Below, one piece after another: positions 36,759 through 50,300 of a stretch of 64,000 nt of DNA (position 1 is the first letter of the stretch; the number at the start of each line of letters is the position of its first letter). This DNA comes from Scenedesmus sp. PABB004 (taxonomy: Eukaryota): contig JABVCE010000010.1 in assembly GCA_014905635.1 (NCBI GenBank), positions 186,001 through 250,000 on the forward strand, read 5' to 3'. The notes beneath the pieces were generated by a model, which was not told the DNA's origin, ran no database searches, and saw only the letters and a list, made by a program, of their open reading frames with translations. The position numbers were made by a program, and so were the translations under genes.

Positions 36759-39700
36759 GCCGCCACCGCTGGCTGCGGTGGGCCGCCGGGCGCGCCGCCG
36801 TCCGCCGCCGCGGGCTGCGGCGGCGGCGGCGTGCGGCGCAGCACGCGCTCGAACAGCTGCAGCTCGTGGTGCAGCGACCAGCGCTGCGGGCTGCACGGAC
36901 GGGCGGGCGGGCAGGCGGGCGGCGGGCGGGCGTCAGCGTCAGCCGTCAGCGGCGGGCCGGCCCCGCGGCCGCAACGACGCACCTGCTGCCCACGGTGATG
37001 CTGCCGTCCGGCCCGACTTCGTGCTGCATGTACTGCGCGGCAAACGCGGCGGGGCTGGCCAGGTGCGCGAGCCAGGCGGGGTCGCTCCACTTGGCGTGCA
37101 CGGGGCGGAGGAGCCACTGCAGCAGCGTGTGCTGCAGCTGCGCGTCGCTCGCGGCCACCGCAGCCATGAGTCCCTCGTGCAGCGCGACCTGCCGCACGCG
37201 TGCCAGCGGCGGCGGCGGCGGCGGCGGCGGCGCGGCGACGGGCCGGGGGTCGGCCTCGGCGCGGCGCCGAGCGAGGCGAGCCCAGCGCGCCGGCGCGCGC
37301 CGTCGGGCCCGCCCGCACGCGCGCACCTTCTCGCCCTCGCGCAGCTGCCCCGCGTCCCAGAGCTGCTGAATGCGCCCGACCAGCGCCTCCAGGTGGGGCG
37401 TGAACGCGGCGGGCGCCTCCTTGGCAACGTTGAGCATGACCTGGCGCGCAGCGCCGCGGCGGCGCGCGGGTCACCCGCCGCGGCGGCGGCGACGGCGGCG
37501 CGCCGGGCAGCGCCGCGCGCGGCCGGGAACGGCGCGGCGCCCCCACCCAGCAGCCCCCCGCACCTTGGCCATGCTGAGCCGCGCCATGGCCTCCTCCTTC
37601 CAGCGCGGGCTCACGCGCGCCGGCGGCGGCAGCTGCCCGCTCTGCTCCAGCGGGATGGCGGCCATGCAGTCGAACGACGCGCTCAGCAGCGGCACCAGCA
37701 GCTCCGGGCTGGATGAGATGAACCGCGTGAACGCCTCCAGCGCGCGCGCGTGCTGCGGCGGCGGCGACGGGGGCACAGCGCAGCACGGGGTGAGCCGCCG
37801 CGGGGTGAGCCGCCCGGCCCGGGCCGCGGCCGGGGCGGTGGCCGCACGGCAGCGGCGGCGGCGCCGCCGCCGCCGCACCAGTGTGACGAGCAGCGGGTCG
37901 CGGTAGCGCAGCGCCATGAGCTGCGCCAGCAGCGCGCCGAGGCCCGCCCGCAGCGCGCCGCCCTCGCGCGCCATCGCGCCGGCGTTGCAGAGGCTCGGCA
38001 GCACGCTCTCCAGCAGGATCACGCACGCCTCGAGCGCCATGTGCGCGCCCTGCAGCGCGCCGCGCGGGCTGCCCGGCGCGCCCGCCGCGGCGCCGTCGTC
38101 CGCGGCGCCCGCGGTCGAGAGCACCGTCTGCTGGAACGCCGTCACCGACGCGAGCACCGGCGTGGGTGCCAGCTTGGCCGCCGCGCGCGCGACGAGCTTG
38201 GCCTGCGTGCATGCAGGGGGGGGGGGGGCACACGGCGGCGGCGCGGCGGGGTGCGGTCGCCAGTGCCGCAGCGCGGCGCCACGCGCGCCCGCCGGCTGCC
38301 TCGCGCCGCGCGGCCGCGCACCTGGCTGCGGAACTGCCCCACCGCCTCCTTGTAGTCGGTGGCGCTGTCCGCCCACAGCGGCACCTCCGCGTCGGCGTCA
38401 AAGCGCACCGGCAGCCGCACCAGCTGCTCCGCGAGCGCCTGCACCAGCAGCTGCGCGCGCGGCGGAGCAGCAGCGGCGCGCGAGGCGCCGTGCGGCGGTC
38501 GGCGGCGGGCCGCCCCCGGCGCCGGGCGCGCCCAGCCAACCCCGCGACTGTCCCACCGCCGCTGCCCGCTGCGCACCTGGCAGCACTCCGGGGGGATGAC
38601 GCCCGAACGGTCCACCGGCGCCGGCGCCGCCGCAAACGGCGCCGGCGCGCCCTCGCCGCGCGGCGACTGCACCTGCGCCTTGGCCGGCCCCGGCACCACG
38701 CCCACCTCGCGCATGAGGCTTGCCCAGAACGCGACCGTGGCCGCGGCGAGCGGCAGGTGGGGGTGGCGAGTGAACTCGAGCATCTGGCGGCGGCGGGCAG
38801 CGGGGCGCGCGGCGCAGGGCGCGTGGGCCACCGGCTGCGCGCTGCGGGTCGCCGCCGCCGCCGGCACCGCCGCGCGCCGCGCGCCGCGCGCCGCGCGCGG
38901 CCGGCGCTGGGCTCACGTGGCGCAGCAGCTGGTGCTGCCGCTCCACGGGGCGCATGTGGGTCCAGTGCCCGTCCGCGTAGCTCCCGATGACGCCCACGAG
39001 GCGCCGCCCGTACTCCTCGGCGCCGCCCTCCGCGCCGAGCTCGTCGGCGGCGTTGGGCGCGCCGAGCAGCGCGTCCGCCGCGCCCGCCAGCGCGTCGCCG
39101 ACCTTGGCCATCACCGCCGCGTGCGCCTCCTGGTCCCCCGGGTCCTTGCCGGGCTTGCGCCCCACGATCTGCGGCGCGCGGGGCGCGCGCGTCGGCGCCG
39201 CGCCGCCGCGCCGGGCGGCGAGCCCAGGGGCTGCCCGCCGGCGCCGGTGCGCCCGCTGGCCCGTGGCTGGGGGCGCAGGGGCGCCGCCGCGCGGTCCGCC
39301 CCGCCCGCGGGTGCCGCCGCGCCTGCTTGACGACCGCGAGCGCGGCGTCGCGGAAGTCCGGGGCGCCGAGGAAGAAGCTGCAGGCCTCGACGACGCTGCC
39401 GTTGCAGAGGCGGCCGAGCGGCGCCCACTCGACGTAGCCGCCGAGCGTGCCCAGCGCCGCCGACACGACCGCCGCGTGCGCGCGCGCCGCCTCGGCCTGC
39501 CCCGCGCCCGCGGCCGCGGACCCGGCCTGGAAGCTCGACTGTGGGCGCGGCGCGCGGCGCGGCGCACACGTCAGCGGCTGCGGCTGCGGCGCCCGCAGCG
39601 GCTGCGGCGCCCGCAGCGGCTGCGGCGCCCGCCGCGCGGCGCGTCCCACGCGGCGCGTCGGGCGTGCCTGCAGCAGGTTGACGATGAACGGCAGCACCGC

Positions 39701-40679
39701 CTCGACGCTCGACAGCAGCGCGGAGAGGTAGTTGCGCTTCCACTCGCCGCCGCGCTCCTCAAACTGGGTGAGGTCCTCGCTCACAAACTGGAGGACCATG
39801 CAGCTGATCTCGGCCTGCAGCGGGCCCTCGCGCGCCGACGCGACGAGCTGCGGCAGCAGCGCCGCGTAGGTGTCGGGGCCCTGCTGCCGCGTGACCGCGG
39901 CGAGCAGCATCGCGCACTTGGACTTCAGCGGCCACGCCGCCTGCGCGCCGAGGTGCCCGACTGCGGACAGTGGCGCGGAGCGGCGGCGGGCGCGTGGGCG
40001 CGTCCCCACGCTGCCGCTGCCGTGCTGACGCGGCTGCGCGGCCGCGCTGCCACGGCACGGCGGCTGGCGCGGCTCACCGTCCTTCATGTGCTGGTACGCG
40101 AGCTGCGTGATCTTCTGGTGCTCGTCCGCTGAGAGCTCGGCCCAGCGGTTGCGCACCTGCGCGCGCGCGAGCACGCGCTGAGCGCCGGCGCCGCCCGGTG
40201 TCGCCGCCGGTGGCGCCGCCGCGGCCGCGCCGCCGGGGCGCACCAGGATCTGGAGCAGCGTGTACGCCGACATCTGCACCTCCAGCGCGTACTCGTTCCC
40301 CGTCAGCACCGCAGCGGCGTACACGGTCGCGTGAATGTCGCCGTGCTTGAGCTGCGCGCCGCAGGGTGCGCCGGCCGTCGGCGCGCGCGGGCGCGCGCAG
40401 CGCGGCGGCGCCGCTGATCAGCCGCGCCGCCGACCCGCCCCCATTCCCAACACGGCCGCGGGCGCGCCCGGCTGTCGGGGACGGCTGCGCCCCGCCGGAG
40501 GCCGGCCCCGCGGGCGGCGTGGGAGGCGGGAGGCGCCCCGAGCGGGCCTGCCAGCGCGGCCCCACCTGCTCGAAGAACTGCACCGCCTCCGCGCGCTGCG
40601 CCGGGCTGGAGGCGGGGTTGTGCGTGATGGCCGTGGCCTGCACGATGGCCTCAGCCAGCTGCGCGGCGCTGGCGGCCAT
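34836..40679 (-). CDS. XPO5: Exportin-5 / HASTY-like importin-beta family protein; multi-exon
   Basis: N-terminal RAEAVQFFEQLK, plus WPLKSKCAMLLAAVTRQQG, GPLQAEISCMVLQFVSEDL, YVEWAPL, RYWLRGVREGCY and SEKDQRALIKQLL, match HASTY/exportin-5 segments in order. Confidence 0.8.
36684..36757. repeat. (CAG)n tract encoding polyQ in exportin-5
   Basis: CTG run on +, in frame between PAVAA and HPFTPHLEW on the minus strand. Confidence 0.9.
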
Positions 40680-41749
40680 CCTGCGCGGCGCGGGCGCCCT
40701 TTAGGCGCGGCGATGGCCCCCCGCGGGCCCGCGGGGTCGGCGGCGCCGCTGGCGCTGGCACGGGGTGATAGACCTCCGCTGCGGGGCGTGGTCGGCGGAT
40801 GCCGGGGGCCTGCTGCGCGCCGGCGCGCCGCCTGCTGCCGCCGCAGCGCTCAGCGCTGCTGCTGCCGCCGCGTCGCGGTGCGGTGCGGCGCGGCGTGTGT
40901 CGTGGTGGTGGGGTTGTCGATACCAGGCGGTCGGCGCGTGTCGGGGCACGGCGCGGCGAGCGGGGCTAGCTGCGCGAGCGAGCGCAGGCGGCGCGTTTCA
41001 GGGCGCAGGCAACCGCCGCCCGGGCGGCGCTCCACGCGGCCCGTGCTCTGGCGGCCTCCCCGCAGAGCCGCCCCTGCGCGGCCGGCCGGCCGCACAACGC
41101 GCCGCGCGCGCCGCGCAGCAGCCCGGGCGGGCGCCGCCGCTGTACGCGCGCTGCCGCGCTGTGCTGCTGCGCGGGTGCGCTGGCGGCGGCGGTGGCGCGC
41201 CTGCGCAGCGCCCGGCCGCGCGGCGCCGAGGGGCCTCGCCCGTCGCGGCCAGCTCGTGCTGCGTCGCCCGGCGCGCCGGCGCCGAGCCCCGCTGCACGCC
41301 GCCGCCGCGCGCGTGGCACGTGCGACCGGCTGCTGCGTGCGACCGGCTGCTGCGCGCGCACGCGGCAGCAACGCATGTTCCAACACACACGGTGGACCTG
41401 GAAGTTGCTGCGCCGTTGCCGGCGCCCGCACGCACGCGTCTTAGCTGAAGCGCGCCGCGCCGCCGCGCCGCCGCGCCGCGGCTCGATCCGCGCGCTTCTC
41501 CCGTCTCCCGCCCGCCCGCCCGCCCGCCGCACTCGCTCCTCGCCCGGCGCCCTCGCGAGCCAGCAGCACGCCACCGCCCGCCCGGACGGCCATCAACCGC
41601 CTCGCGCGCCCCCCGCGCCTCCCGTGCGCCCCGGGGTGCCCTGATCTTGGGCGTCGCGGTCCGCCACCCGGCCCCCGCGCCCTGAGCGCTCCCGCGCAGC
41701 GCGCAGCGACAGCCGGCGGCGGCGGCGGCGCGCAGCAGAACGCGCCGAG

Positions 41750-43503
41750 ATGGCGCGCCGCTACGACAGCCGCACGACCATCTTCAGCCCCGAGGGCCGC
41801 CTCTACCAGGTCGAGTATGCCATGGAGGCCATCTCGAACGCGGGTGCGGCCATCGGCATGCTCTGCACCGACGGCGTCGTGCTGGTGGCGGAGAAGAAGA
41901 TCACCTCCAAGGCGCGCGCGGCCGCGGGCGCCGCGCCGCGCGCCGCCGGTCCCCGTCCAGCCCCGGGCCCCGCCCCGGCCCTTCGCCCACGCGTCGCCGC
42001 CGCGGCCGCGCCGCGCAGCTGCTGGACACGCACGCGGTGGGCGTGCGGCGCGAGAAGATGTACAAGCTGGACGACCACCTCGCCTGCGCCGTCGCCGGCA
42101 TCACGGGTGCGGAGCCGGCCGCGCCCCCCCCCAAAAAAAAACAGCGCACGCGCGCGCGCGCGGCCCCCGCCGCGCGCCGCCCTCACCTCACGACACACGC
42201 CGCCGCGCCCTGCGCAGCGGACGCCAACATCCTCATCAACACCTGCCGCCTCACGGCGCAGCGCTACTACTTCACCTACCAGGCGCGCGCACGCCGACAT
42301 ATGCAGCGCGCCCACGCCGACATGCAGCGCGCACGCCGACATATGCAGCGCGCGCACGCCGACATGCAGCGGCAGCGCTGACCTGCACAGCGCGTGCAGC
42401 GGCGGCGGCGCCGGCCTGCGCTGACCTGCACAGCGCGTGCAGCGGCGGCGGCGCCGGCCTGCGCAGCGCGCGCTGTGCAGGTCGGCGCTGACCTGCACAG
42501 CACGAGCGCAGCAGCGGCGCGCTGCGCGGCGCGGGCACAGCAGCGGCCCGCGCGCGCCCATGCCGCTGCCCCCCACGACGACTGCCGCACGGTGCTCGCG
42601 CGCGCTCGCGTCCGCAGGAGCCGATGCCCGTGGAGCAGCTGGTGCGAGCGCTGTGCGACACAAAGCAGGGCTACACGCAGTTTGGCGGGCAGCGGCCCTT
42701 TGGCGTGTCGCTGCTCTACGCCGGCTGGTGCGGGCCGCGCTTGCACGCGCGCAGCGCGCGCGCGCGGGGCCGCCGCGCCCCGCCCCGCCCCCGCCCTCCC
42801 GCCCGCGCTGCTGCGCTTCGCCGCGCGTCACCGCCCCGCACCCGCACCGCGCCCCTGCCGCCCCCGCACGCCCCCCGCCCAGGGACGAGCACTACGGCTG
42901 GCAGCTGTACCAGAGCGACCCGAGCGGCAACTATGGCGGCTGGAAGGCGGTCGCGATCGGCGGCGGCCACGCGGCGGCGCAGAACCTGCTCAAGACGGAG
43001 TACAAGGACGACGCGGCGGTGCGGCCGCGGGGGCACCGCAGGGGGCGCCGCAGGGGGCGCCGCAGGGGGGCGCACGGGGGCGCGGGGGCTGAGCGTCAAG
43101 ACGCTGGGCGCGGCGCGCGCCATGTGCCACGCGCTCACGCGCTTGCGCGGGCGGCCGGCCGTGGCCCGCCAGGTCGCTGAGGGCATCCCGACGATCATCA
43201 AGGTGCTCTCCAAGTCCATGGACAGCAGCCTCACGCCCGACAAGGTCGAGCTGGCCACCATCACGCGCGACGCGGCGACCGGCAAGGTGCGGCGCCCGGC
43301 GCGCGGCGCGCGCGCGCGCGCGCCCGCCCGCCTGGCGCGCGGCGGCGCGGCGGCGGCGCGGCCGGCGCGGCCGGCGCCGAGCGCCCGTGTGCGTGCGCGC
43401 ACGCGTGCCCGCGCCGCAGGTGGTGTTCAAGGTGTTTGAGGCGGCCGAGCTCAAGCCGCTGCTCGACGCCGCCAACGCGGAGAAGGAGGCCGCGAGCACT
43501 TAG
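41750..43503 (+). CDS. PSMA4: 20S proteasome subunit alpha-3 (PSMA4/PRE9/PAC1 type); 7 exons
   Basis: [80 protein letters not shown] at 43501-43503. Confidence 0.97.
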
Positions 43504-44012
43504 CGGGCGTGCCTGGCAGGGCGGTGCGGTTGAGGCGGCGATCCGACGTTAACGGCCTGCGTTTGACGTGGTTCTGGGCGGCGGCACAGCGGAGCGGCGA
43601 GCGAGAGCGTATCCAGCCCGCCCGCCCCCGGCTGGGATCCACGCTCGCGTCCCTCCGCGCCCCGCCTGCGAGCTGCTCGCGTGCGCAGCGCGCACTCGAC
43701 CGCTGCTCCGCAGGCCGGCGCAGCGCGGCGCCACGTTGGCGCGTTCCCGCTGCGCGCCGCGCTCAATGGCCGCTGGGCGCCGGCCGGGCGGGGGCCTTGT
43801 CGCCGCGGCGCGCCAGGGCGTTTGATTGATTGAGACCCTCGCTCCGCGGCCGCGGCCCCTGCCCGCTGGGCGAGGGCGAGGAGGGAGAGGACGGTGCGGG
43901 CCTGCAGCTGACAGGCGTGCGGAGCTCTGGCCTGCGCCGGCGGCGCGCGGCGCCGGCGCCAACCGTTTCGCCGCCGCCCACGACGCCGCCCGCCGCCGCG
44001 CCCTGCAGGCCG

Positions 44013-45954
44013 ATGCAGCCGGGAACGCAGCAGCAGCTGCAGGCGCAGCTGCTGCAGCGACTGGCGGGCGGTCAGGGCCTCGCGCCTGCCGGCGGCGCGC
44101 TGCAGCAGCAGCAGCTGGCGCCGCCCGGGCTGCCGCTGGCGCCGCTGCCGCTGCAGCCGCAGCCGCACGGCCCGCAGTTTGCAGGACCGGGGCCGCTGGC
44201 GCCCGCCATCGCGCGGGGCGAGGCGCCAAGCCTGCTGCGCCCGGGCGGCGGCATCGCGCCCGGCCGCGGGCTGGCGGCGGCGCCCGGGCTGCAGCCGCAG
44301 CAGGGGCTGCAGCAGGCGCTCCAGCAGGCCCAGCTGGCGCCCGCTCAGCGGCCGGCGCTGGAGCCGCTGGGACCGTTCACGGCGCTGCTGTCGTCGGTGC
44401 TCAACGACTCCCCGCCCGCGTCGCCCCGCGCGGGTGACGGGGCGCCCGCCCCGCAGCTGCCCGCCGCGGCGCAGGCGTGGCCGGGCCACGCCCAGGCGCC
44501 GACGGCCGGCGCGAAGCGGCCGCCGGCGCTGCTGGAGCCGCACGGCGCGGCGCCGGGCGGGCTGGTTGGCGCTGGGCTCGCTGGCGATGGTGCCGCCGAC
44601 CCAGCGCACCCAGGAGCGAAGAGGGTCAGGCTGGAGGGGCGGCCACCGGGCCCAGACGTGCTCCCAAGCGGCTACACCGACCAGGCACACCCGCAGCAGC
44701 TGGCCGCACAGCCACCGCTGACGCAGCTGCCAGGCGGCCAGCAGCCCCAGCCGCTGGCGGCGCACGGCAGCACGGCGCCGCTGCAGCTCCTGCTTGCACA
44801 GCGGGCGGCGCTTGCGCAGCTGCAGTGCCAGGCAGAAGCGCAGCAGCAGCACCACCACCACCACCAGCAGCAGGCGGCCGCGGCGGCGCAGCAGCAGCTG
44901 CTGCAGCAGCTGCAGCAGCAGCACGCGCAGCAGCAGGCAGCCGCGGCGGCACACCAGCAAGCGCAGCAGCAGGCGGCGGTGGCGGCGCAGCGGCAGCTGT
45001 TGCAGCAGCAACAGCAGCACGCGCAGCAGCAGGCAGCCGCGGCGGCACACCAGCAAGTGCAGCAGCAGGCGGCGGTGGCGGCGCAGCGGCAGCTGTTGCA
45101 GCAGCAACAGCAGCACGCGCAGCAGCAGGCGGCCGTGTCCGCGCAGGCGCAGCTGCAGGCGGCGCAGCAGGCGGCGCTGCACCAGGCGGCGGCGCAGGCG
45201 GCGCACCGCCAGCTGGCGCAGCAGCTGCACGCGGCGCAGGTCGCGGCGCTGACCGAGGAGCAGAAGGCTCAGCTGCTGGCGCAGCACGCGGCGCAGCGGG
45301 CGATGCAGCAGGAGGAGGCGCGCCGTGCCGCGTGGCAGCAGCAAGCGCCGCCGACGGCGCCGCCCCCAAGGGCGCCGCCAAGAAAAAGCCCGGCAAGGCG
45401 CCCAAGGCGGCCAAGGCCGCCCGCAGCAAGGGCGGCAAGGGCAGCGACGGCGACCCCGCGCACGCCCTCGCCGCGCCGGAGGCCGACGCGTGGGCGGCGC
45501 CCGCGCGGCCGGTCAACCGGCGCAAGGCGCAGCTCGGCAAGCGCAGCTGCGGCGCCCGCCCGCAGCAGCCCGCCGCGGCCTCCGCGCCGGCCGGCGCGCC
45601 GCCGCAGCCGGCGCCGCCGAGGCGCAGCGCGGCGCCGTGGACCGAGGCGGACGACGCCATGGTGGCCGCCGCCGCCGCGGCCGCGCTCGCGCCGGCGCCG
45701 GCGCCGGCGCCCGCTCCGAGCGGCGCCGACGGGCTCATCATCGGCACCAGCGGCAGTGGCTTCAAGCCCAACCCGCGGCTGCAAGCGCTAGTCACACTCC
45801 GGGGCCTCTTTGCGTCGCGCGGGCTGCGCCTGGAGGCGCTCGGCCTGTCCATCCGCGACGCCGCGCTCGACGAGGGTGCGCCCGCGCGCGCCGCAGCGCG
45901 GCGCCGACCGCTGCTGGGCCGAGCGCCGCCGCCGCCGCCCGCGGCGCGCGCGTG

Positions 45955-45986
<32 letters not shown>

Positions 45987-46785
45987 AGGCATGTACCTGG
46001 ATGGCGAGCCGCTGCTGCTGCCTGGCAAGCTGGGCCGGCCGCGCAGCGAGGTCACGCGGCTCATCACGGCACTGACGCAGACAGCGGATTGGCTCGCAAA
46101 GAAAACCAGGGGACTCGCCGCGTCCAAGGCAGCGGCGGCCGCGGCGGCTGCGGCAGCCGCAGCGGCCGCGGCGCCGCAGCAGGGGCAGTCGGCGGCGGCG
46201 GGGGCGGCGGCGGCGACGGCGCTTCCGCCGCAGCAGGGGACGGCGGCGCAGGGGCAGGCTGGCACTGGTGCCGCCGCCGCCGCTGCGCCCACGCAAGCGC
46301 CGGCGGCGGGTGCTGGCGCCGCGGCGGGCGGGGACGCCGCCGGCGCGGCGGAGCAGCTGCCGCCGCCGGCGCCCAACCCGCACGTGCTGGCGGCGGCGCA
46401 GGAGGTCGCGCTGGCCATCGAGCTCACCCGGCGCAAGCTGGCAGCGGGGCAGCCCGCTGCGGCGCTGGGGCAGCCGGCCGCGCCAGGGCAGCCGCCCGGC
46501 GGCGCCGCCGCGCCGGGCGCCGCGGGCGAGGCTGGCGCGGCTGCCCCGGCGGGCCAGCCCGCCGCGGAGCCCGGTCGCCCGGTGGGCGTGGGCGCGTCGA
46601 TTCTGGCGGAGCTGATGCACCCGCGCCCCGCGGCGTCCACGCCGGCGTCGCCGCCGCCCTCCGCGGCGGCGGGCGGCACGCAGGCGGCGCAGGGGCAGCC
46701 CCTGCTGCCCGGGGCGGCGGCGCTGCTGCCGGCGGGGCCCGCGCACCCCCAGGCGCAGCAGCAGGGCATCCTGCCACACGCCTGA
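44013..46785 (+). CDS. Hypothetical Gln/Ala-rich, probably nuclear protein
   Basis: Long Q/A-rich ORF with a duplicated QQQAAVAAQRQLLQQQQQHA unit, K-rich segment, GT-AG intron ~45876-45988 and stop at 46785. Apparent frameshift near 45330; start uncertain. Confidence 0.55.
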
Positions 46786-47391
46786 TCGCCGCCTGATCGC
46801 CGCGTGCGGCGATCAGGCCGGACCCCCTGCCCCCTGCACCGGGCGGCTGTACTTCTTTTGATGTCCTTCTCATCACCTCGCTGCTCCTGCGGCGTAGCGG
46901 AGTTCGTAGGGGAGAGCCGGCGAACGGCGCGACCAGGGAGCAGCGGCGCGGGGCGCGGCTGTGCAGTTCGAGCGCTAGGCAGTCTCGCAGCAACGTTTGA
47001 GGCAGGCAGGGAGAGTTGCCAGGGAAACGGTGCCGCCGGGCTGCCGTGCTTCGCTCCGCGCTCAGCGGCCGCAGCAGGCGCACCAGCCGCAGGCCAGTGT
47101 TGGCGGCGCGGCGCCGCGCGGCGCGGTCCCTCTCCAGCGTCTCCTGACTCGCAGACAGCTCAGCGACCTGTGCGCCGGCGCCAGCCGACCGTGCGTCGCG
47201 ACGGAGACCTGCGGCGGCGTTCGTCGCCTCTGCCGCGGGCACGCTGCCTGCGCAGCTCCCCGCGCTACTCCCACGCACAAAACGCGTCGGTGTCCACTCA
47301 CCGCGACCGCCTAGCCGCCCGCCGGCGCCCGCGCGCGCGCGGCCGCGAGCAGCAGGGCGCCCGGCCGGCCCGGGCGCGGCGCCTGCTGGCC

Positions 47392-50300
47392 ATGGCGGCC
47401 GCCGACTTCAACCCCGGCTTTTCGTTCGACGCGGGCGACCTGGAGGCGCCCGCGCAGGCGCCGTGGGAGTTTGGCGGTGCGCCGGCGGCAGCGGCGGCTG
47501 CGCAGCGGCGGCCGGAGGCGCCGCCGGTGGCCGCGCGCGCCTCACGTCGCGCCGCCGCGACGGTCGCAGGCGCGCTGAAGATGGCTCTCAAGGACCGCGG
47601 CCCGCCGGCGAGCACCGTGGACGACAAGATTCAGCAGCGCCTCGCCGCGAAGGCGCAGCGCGGCGCCGCGCGGAAGGTGCGCGTGCGCGGCCGCAGCGGC
47701 GGGCGCGGCGGCGGCGGCCCGGGCCCGCCGGGCAGGCGCGCCGAGCCGCGCGCGCTTGCCGCTGCCGCAGGCCGCCGGCCGCAAGCGCTCGCGCGCCGAG
47801 AGCGAGGAGTCTGAGGAGGAGTCTGAGCCGGACAGCGAGGCCGGCGCGGCCGGCAGCAGCAGCGACGGGGACAGCGAAGAGGACGCGCCGCTGCCAGGTG
47901 CGGCGCGGCGGCGCGCGCTGCGCCGCCCCGCCGACCGCGCCGCCAGGCCGCGCCCCGCCGCCGACCGCGCGCCCCGCGGCGCCGCACACAGGCGAGCTGG
48001 ACAGCGACGACGGCGAATGCGACGACGACGACCCGGCCGGCGAGGGCAGCGGCAGCGATGAGGAGATGCAGGGCGACGATGAGGAGGGCGAGTCGGACGA
48101 GGAGCCGCCGGCGACTGGCAAGCGCGGCAAGCAGCAGCAGCAGCAGCAGCAGTCGGAGCAGCAGCAGCAGGGGCAGCAGAAGCAGGCGAGCGCAGCAGCT
48201 GCAGCGGCAGCCCGGCGAGCCGCGGCGGCGGCGGCGGCCAAGGGCGGCAGCGGCGGCGACGCCGGCGACGGCGACGGCAGCGGCGGCTCGGAGGACGGAA
48301 GCTTCGACGGCAGCGACGACGAGGAGGAGGAGGAGGAGCAGCAGCTGCAGCAGCAGCAGCGGCCGCAGCGCGGCAAGCAGGCGGCGGCGGCCAACGGCGC
48401 CGCGCCCGGCGGCAAGGCCGCGCAGGGGGCGGCGCCTTTTACGCCGAGACGCGGCGCGGCGCCGGCGCGGGCGGCGCGGGCAGCTTCGCGGACCTCAAGC
48501 TCTCCCGCCCGCTGCTGCGCGCGGTCGCCGCGCTGGGCTACACGCAGCCCACGCCCATCCAGGCGCGCGCGGCGCGGCGGCGGCGTGCGGGTGGCGGCGC
48601 GCGCTCGGCGCGCGCTCCGCGCTCCGCTCCGCGCGGCGCCCGGCGCGCCCGCCGGCGCCCCGCCGACGCCTCCTCCTCTGCCGGCGACCCGCGCCCGCCA
48701 CGCAGGCCGCGTGCATCCCGCTCGCGCTCGCGGGGCGCGACATCTGCGGCAGCGCAATGACTGGGAGCGGCAAGACCGCGGCGTTTGCGCTGCCCATCCT
48801 CGAGCGCCTGCTCTACCGCCAGCGCCAGGTCGCCGCGACGTACGTGCTCGTGCTCTCGCCCACGCGCGAGCTCGCGGCGCAGGTGAGGGGCACGGCGCGG
48901 CGCGGCGCACGGCGTGCACGGCGCGGCGGGGCACGGCGCGCGTGGGACGAGCGCACCGAGCGCGCGCCCCCTGCCCCGCCCAGATCCACTCCATGATCAC
49001 CAAGCTCGCCCAGTTCACCGACGTCGACGCCGCGCTCATCGTGGGCGGCCTCTCCCTGCAGGCGCAGGCGGCGGCGCTGCGCGCGGGGCCCGCGGGTGCG
49101 CGCGCCGCGCCGCGCCGCGCCGCGCCGCGCCCTGGCTCGGCGCGCCTCGCACGCCCGCTCCCCGCCCGGCTGCGGCCCACGCCGCCGCCGCGCCGCCGCC
49201 GCGGCCCGCAGTGGTGGTGGCCACGCCTGGGCGCATGATCGATCACGTGCGCAACAGCCAGGGCTTTGGGCTGGAGGACCTCGCGGTGCTGGTGCTGGAT
49301 GAGGCCGACCGGCTGCTGGAGATGGGGTTCAAGGAGGAGGTGCGGTTCAGGGGCTCAGGGGCCGCAGGGTTCAGGCGTTCAGGGCCGCCGGGCTTGGAGG
49401 TTGTCAGGGTTCCTGGCACGGGTCGGTGGCGGCGCGGCCCAGCCGTGCTGCAGCCCGGGCTCACGCACGCCCGTGCCCCCCGCGCCCGCCGCCGCGCCGC
49501 CAGCTGCGCGAGCTGCTGCGCCTCGCGCCCAAGGCGCGGCAGACGATGCTGTTCAGCGCGACCTTCAGCGACGACGTCGCCGCGCTGGCGGGCATGTCGC
49601 TCAAGCAGCCGGTGCGCCTCGCGGCCGACCCCGCGGCCGCGGCGCCCAAGAGCCTCAGCCAGGAGGTGCGGCCGCCGCGTGCGCCGGCGCCGCCGCGCCG
49701 CAGCAGCCGCAGCAGCCGCAGCAGCCGCAGCAGCAGCCGACGCAGCAGGCGCGGCGGGCGTGCGGCGGCCGCTCGCTCACGGCCGCCGCCGCGGCGCCGC
49801 CGCCGCGGCAGATCGTGCGGCTCAAGGGCGCGGCGGCGGGCAACAAGGAGGCGGTGCTGCTCGCGCTCGCGGCGCGCAGCTTCAGCGGCGGGCGCACGAT
49901 CGTGTTCTGCAAGTGAGGGACCCCGCTGCGCGGCACGGCCCGGCAGCAGCGCCGCGTGCCTCGGTCAGCGGCGCACCGGGCCGCGCCGACCCGCCGACCC
50001 GCCGCCGCGCGCCCAGGACCAAGCAGCGCGCGCACCGGCTGAAGATCCTGTTTGGCCTGTGCAAGCTGCCGCCGGCGGGTGCGCGTCCTGCCGGCGTGCC
50101 GGCTGCCGCGCCGCCCGCGCCGCGCCCGCCCACGCGCCGCCGCCCGCGCGCCGCCGCAGCCGAGCTGCACGGCGACATGACGCAGGCGGGGCGCCTCGCG
50201 TCGCTGGAGGCGTTCCGCGGCGGCGAGGCCGCGTTCCTGCTCGCCACCGACGTCGCGGCGCGCGGCCTCGACATCCTCGGCGTGCAGGTCGGCCGCCCCG

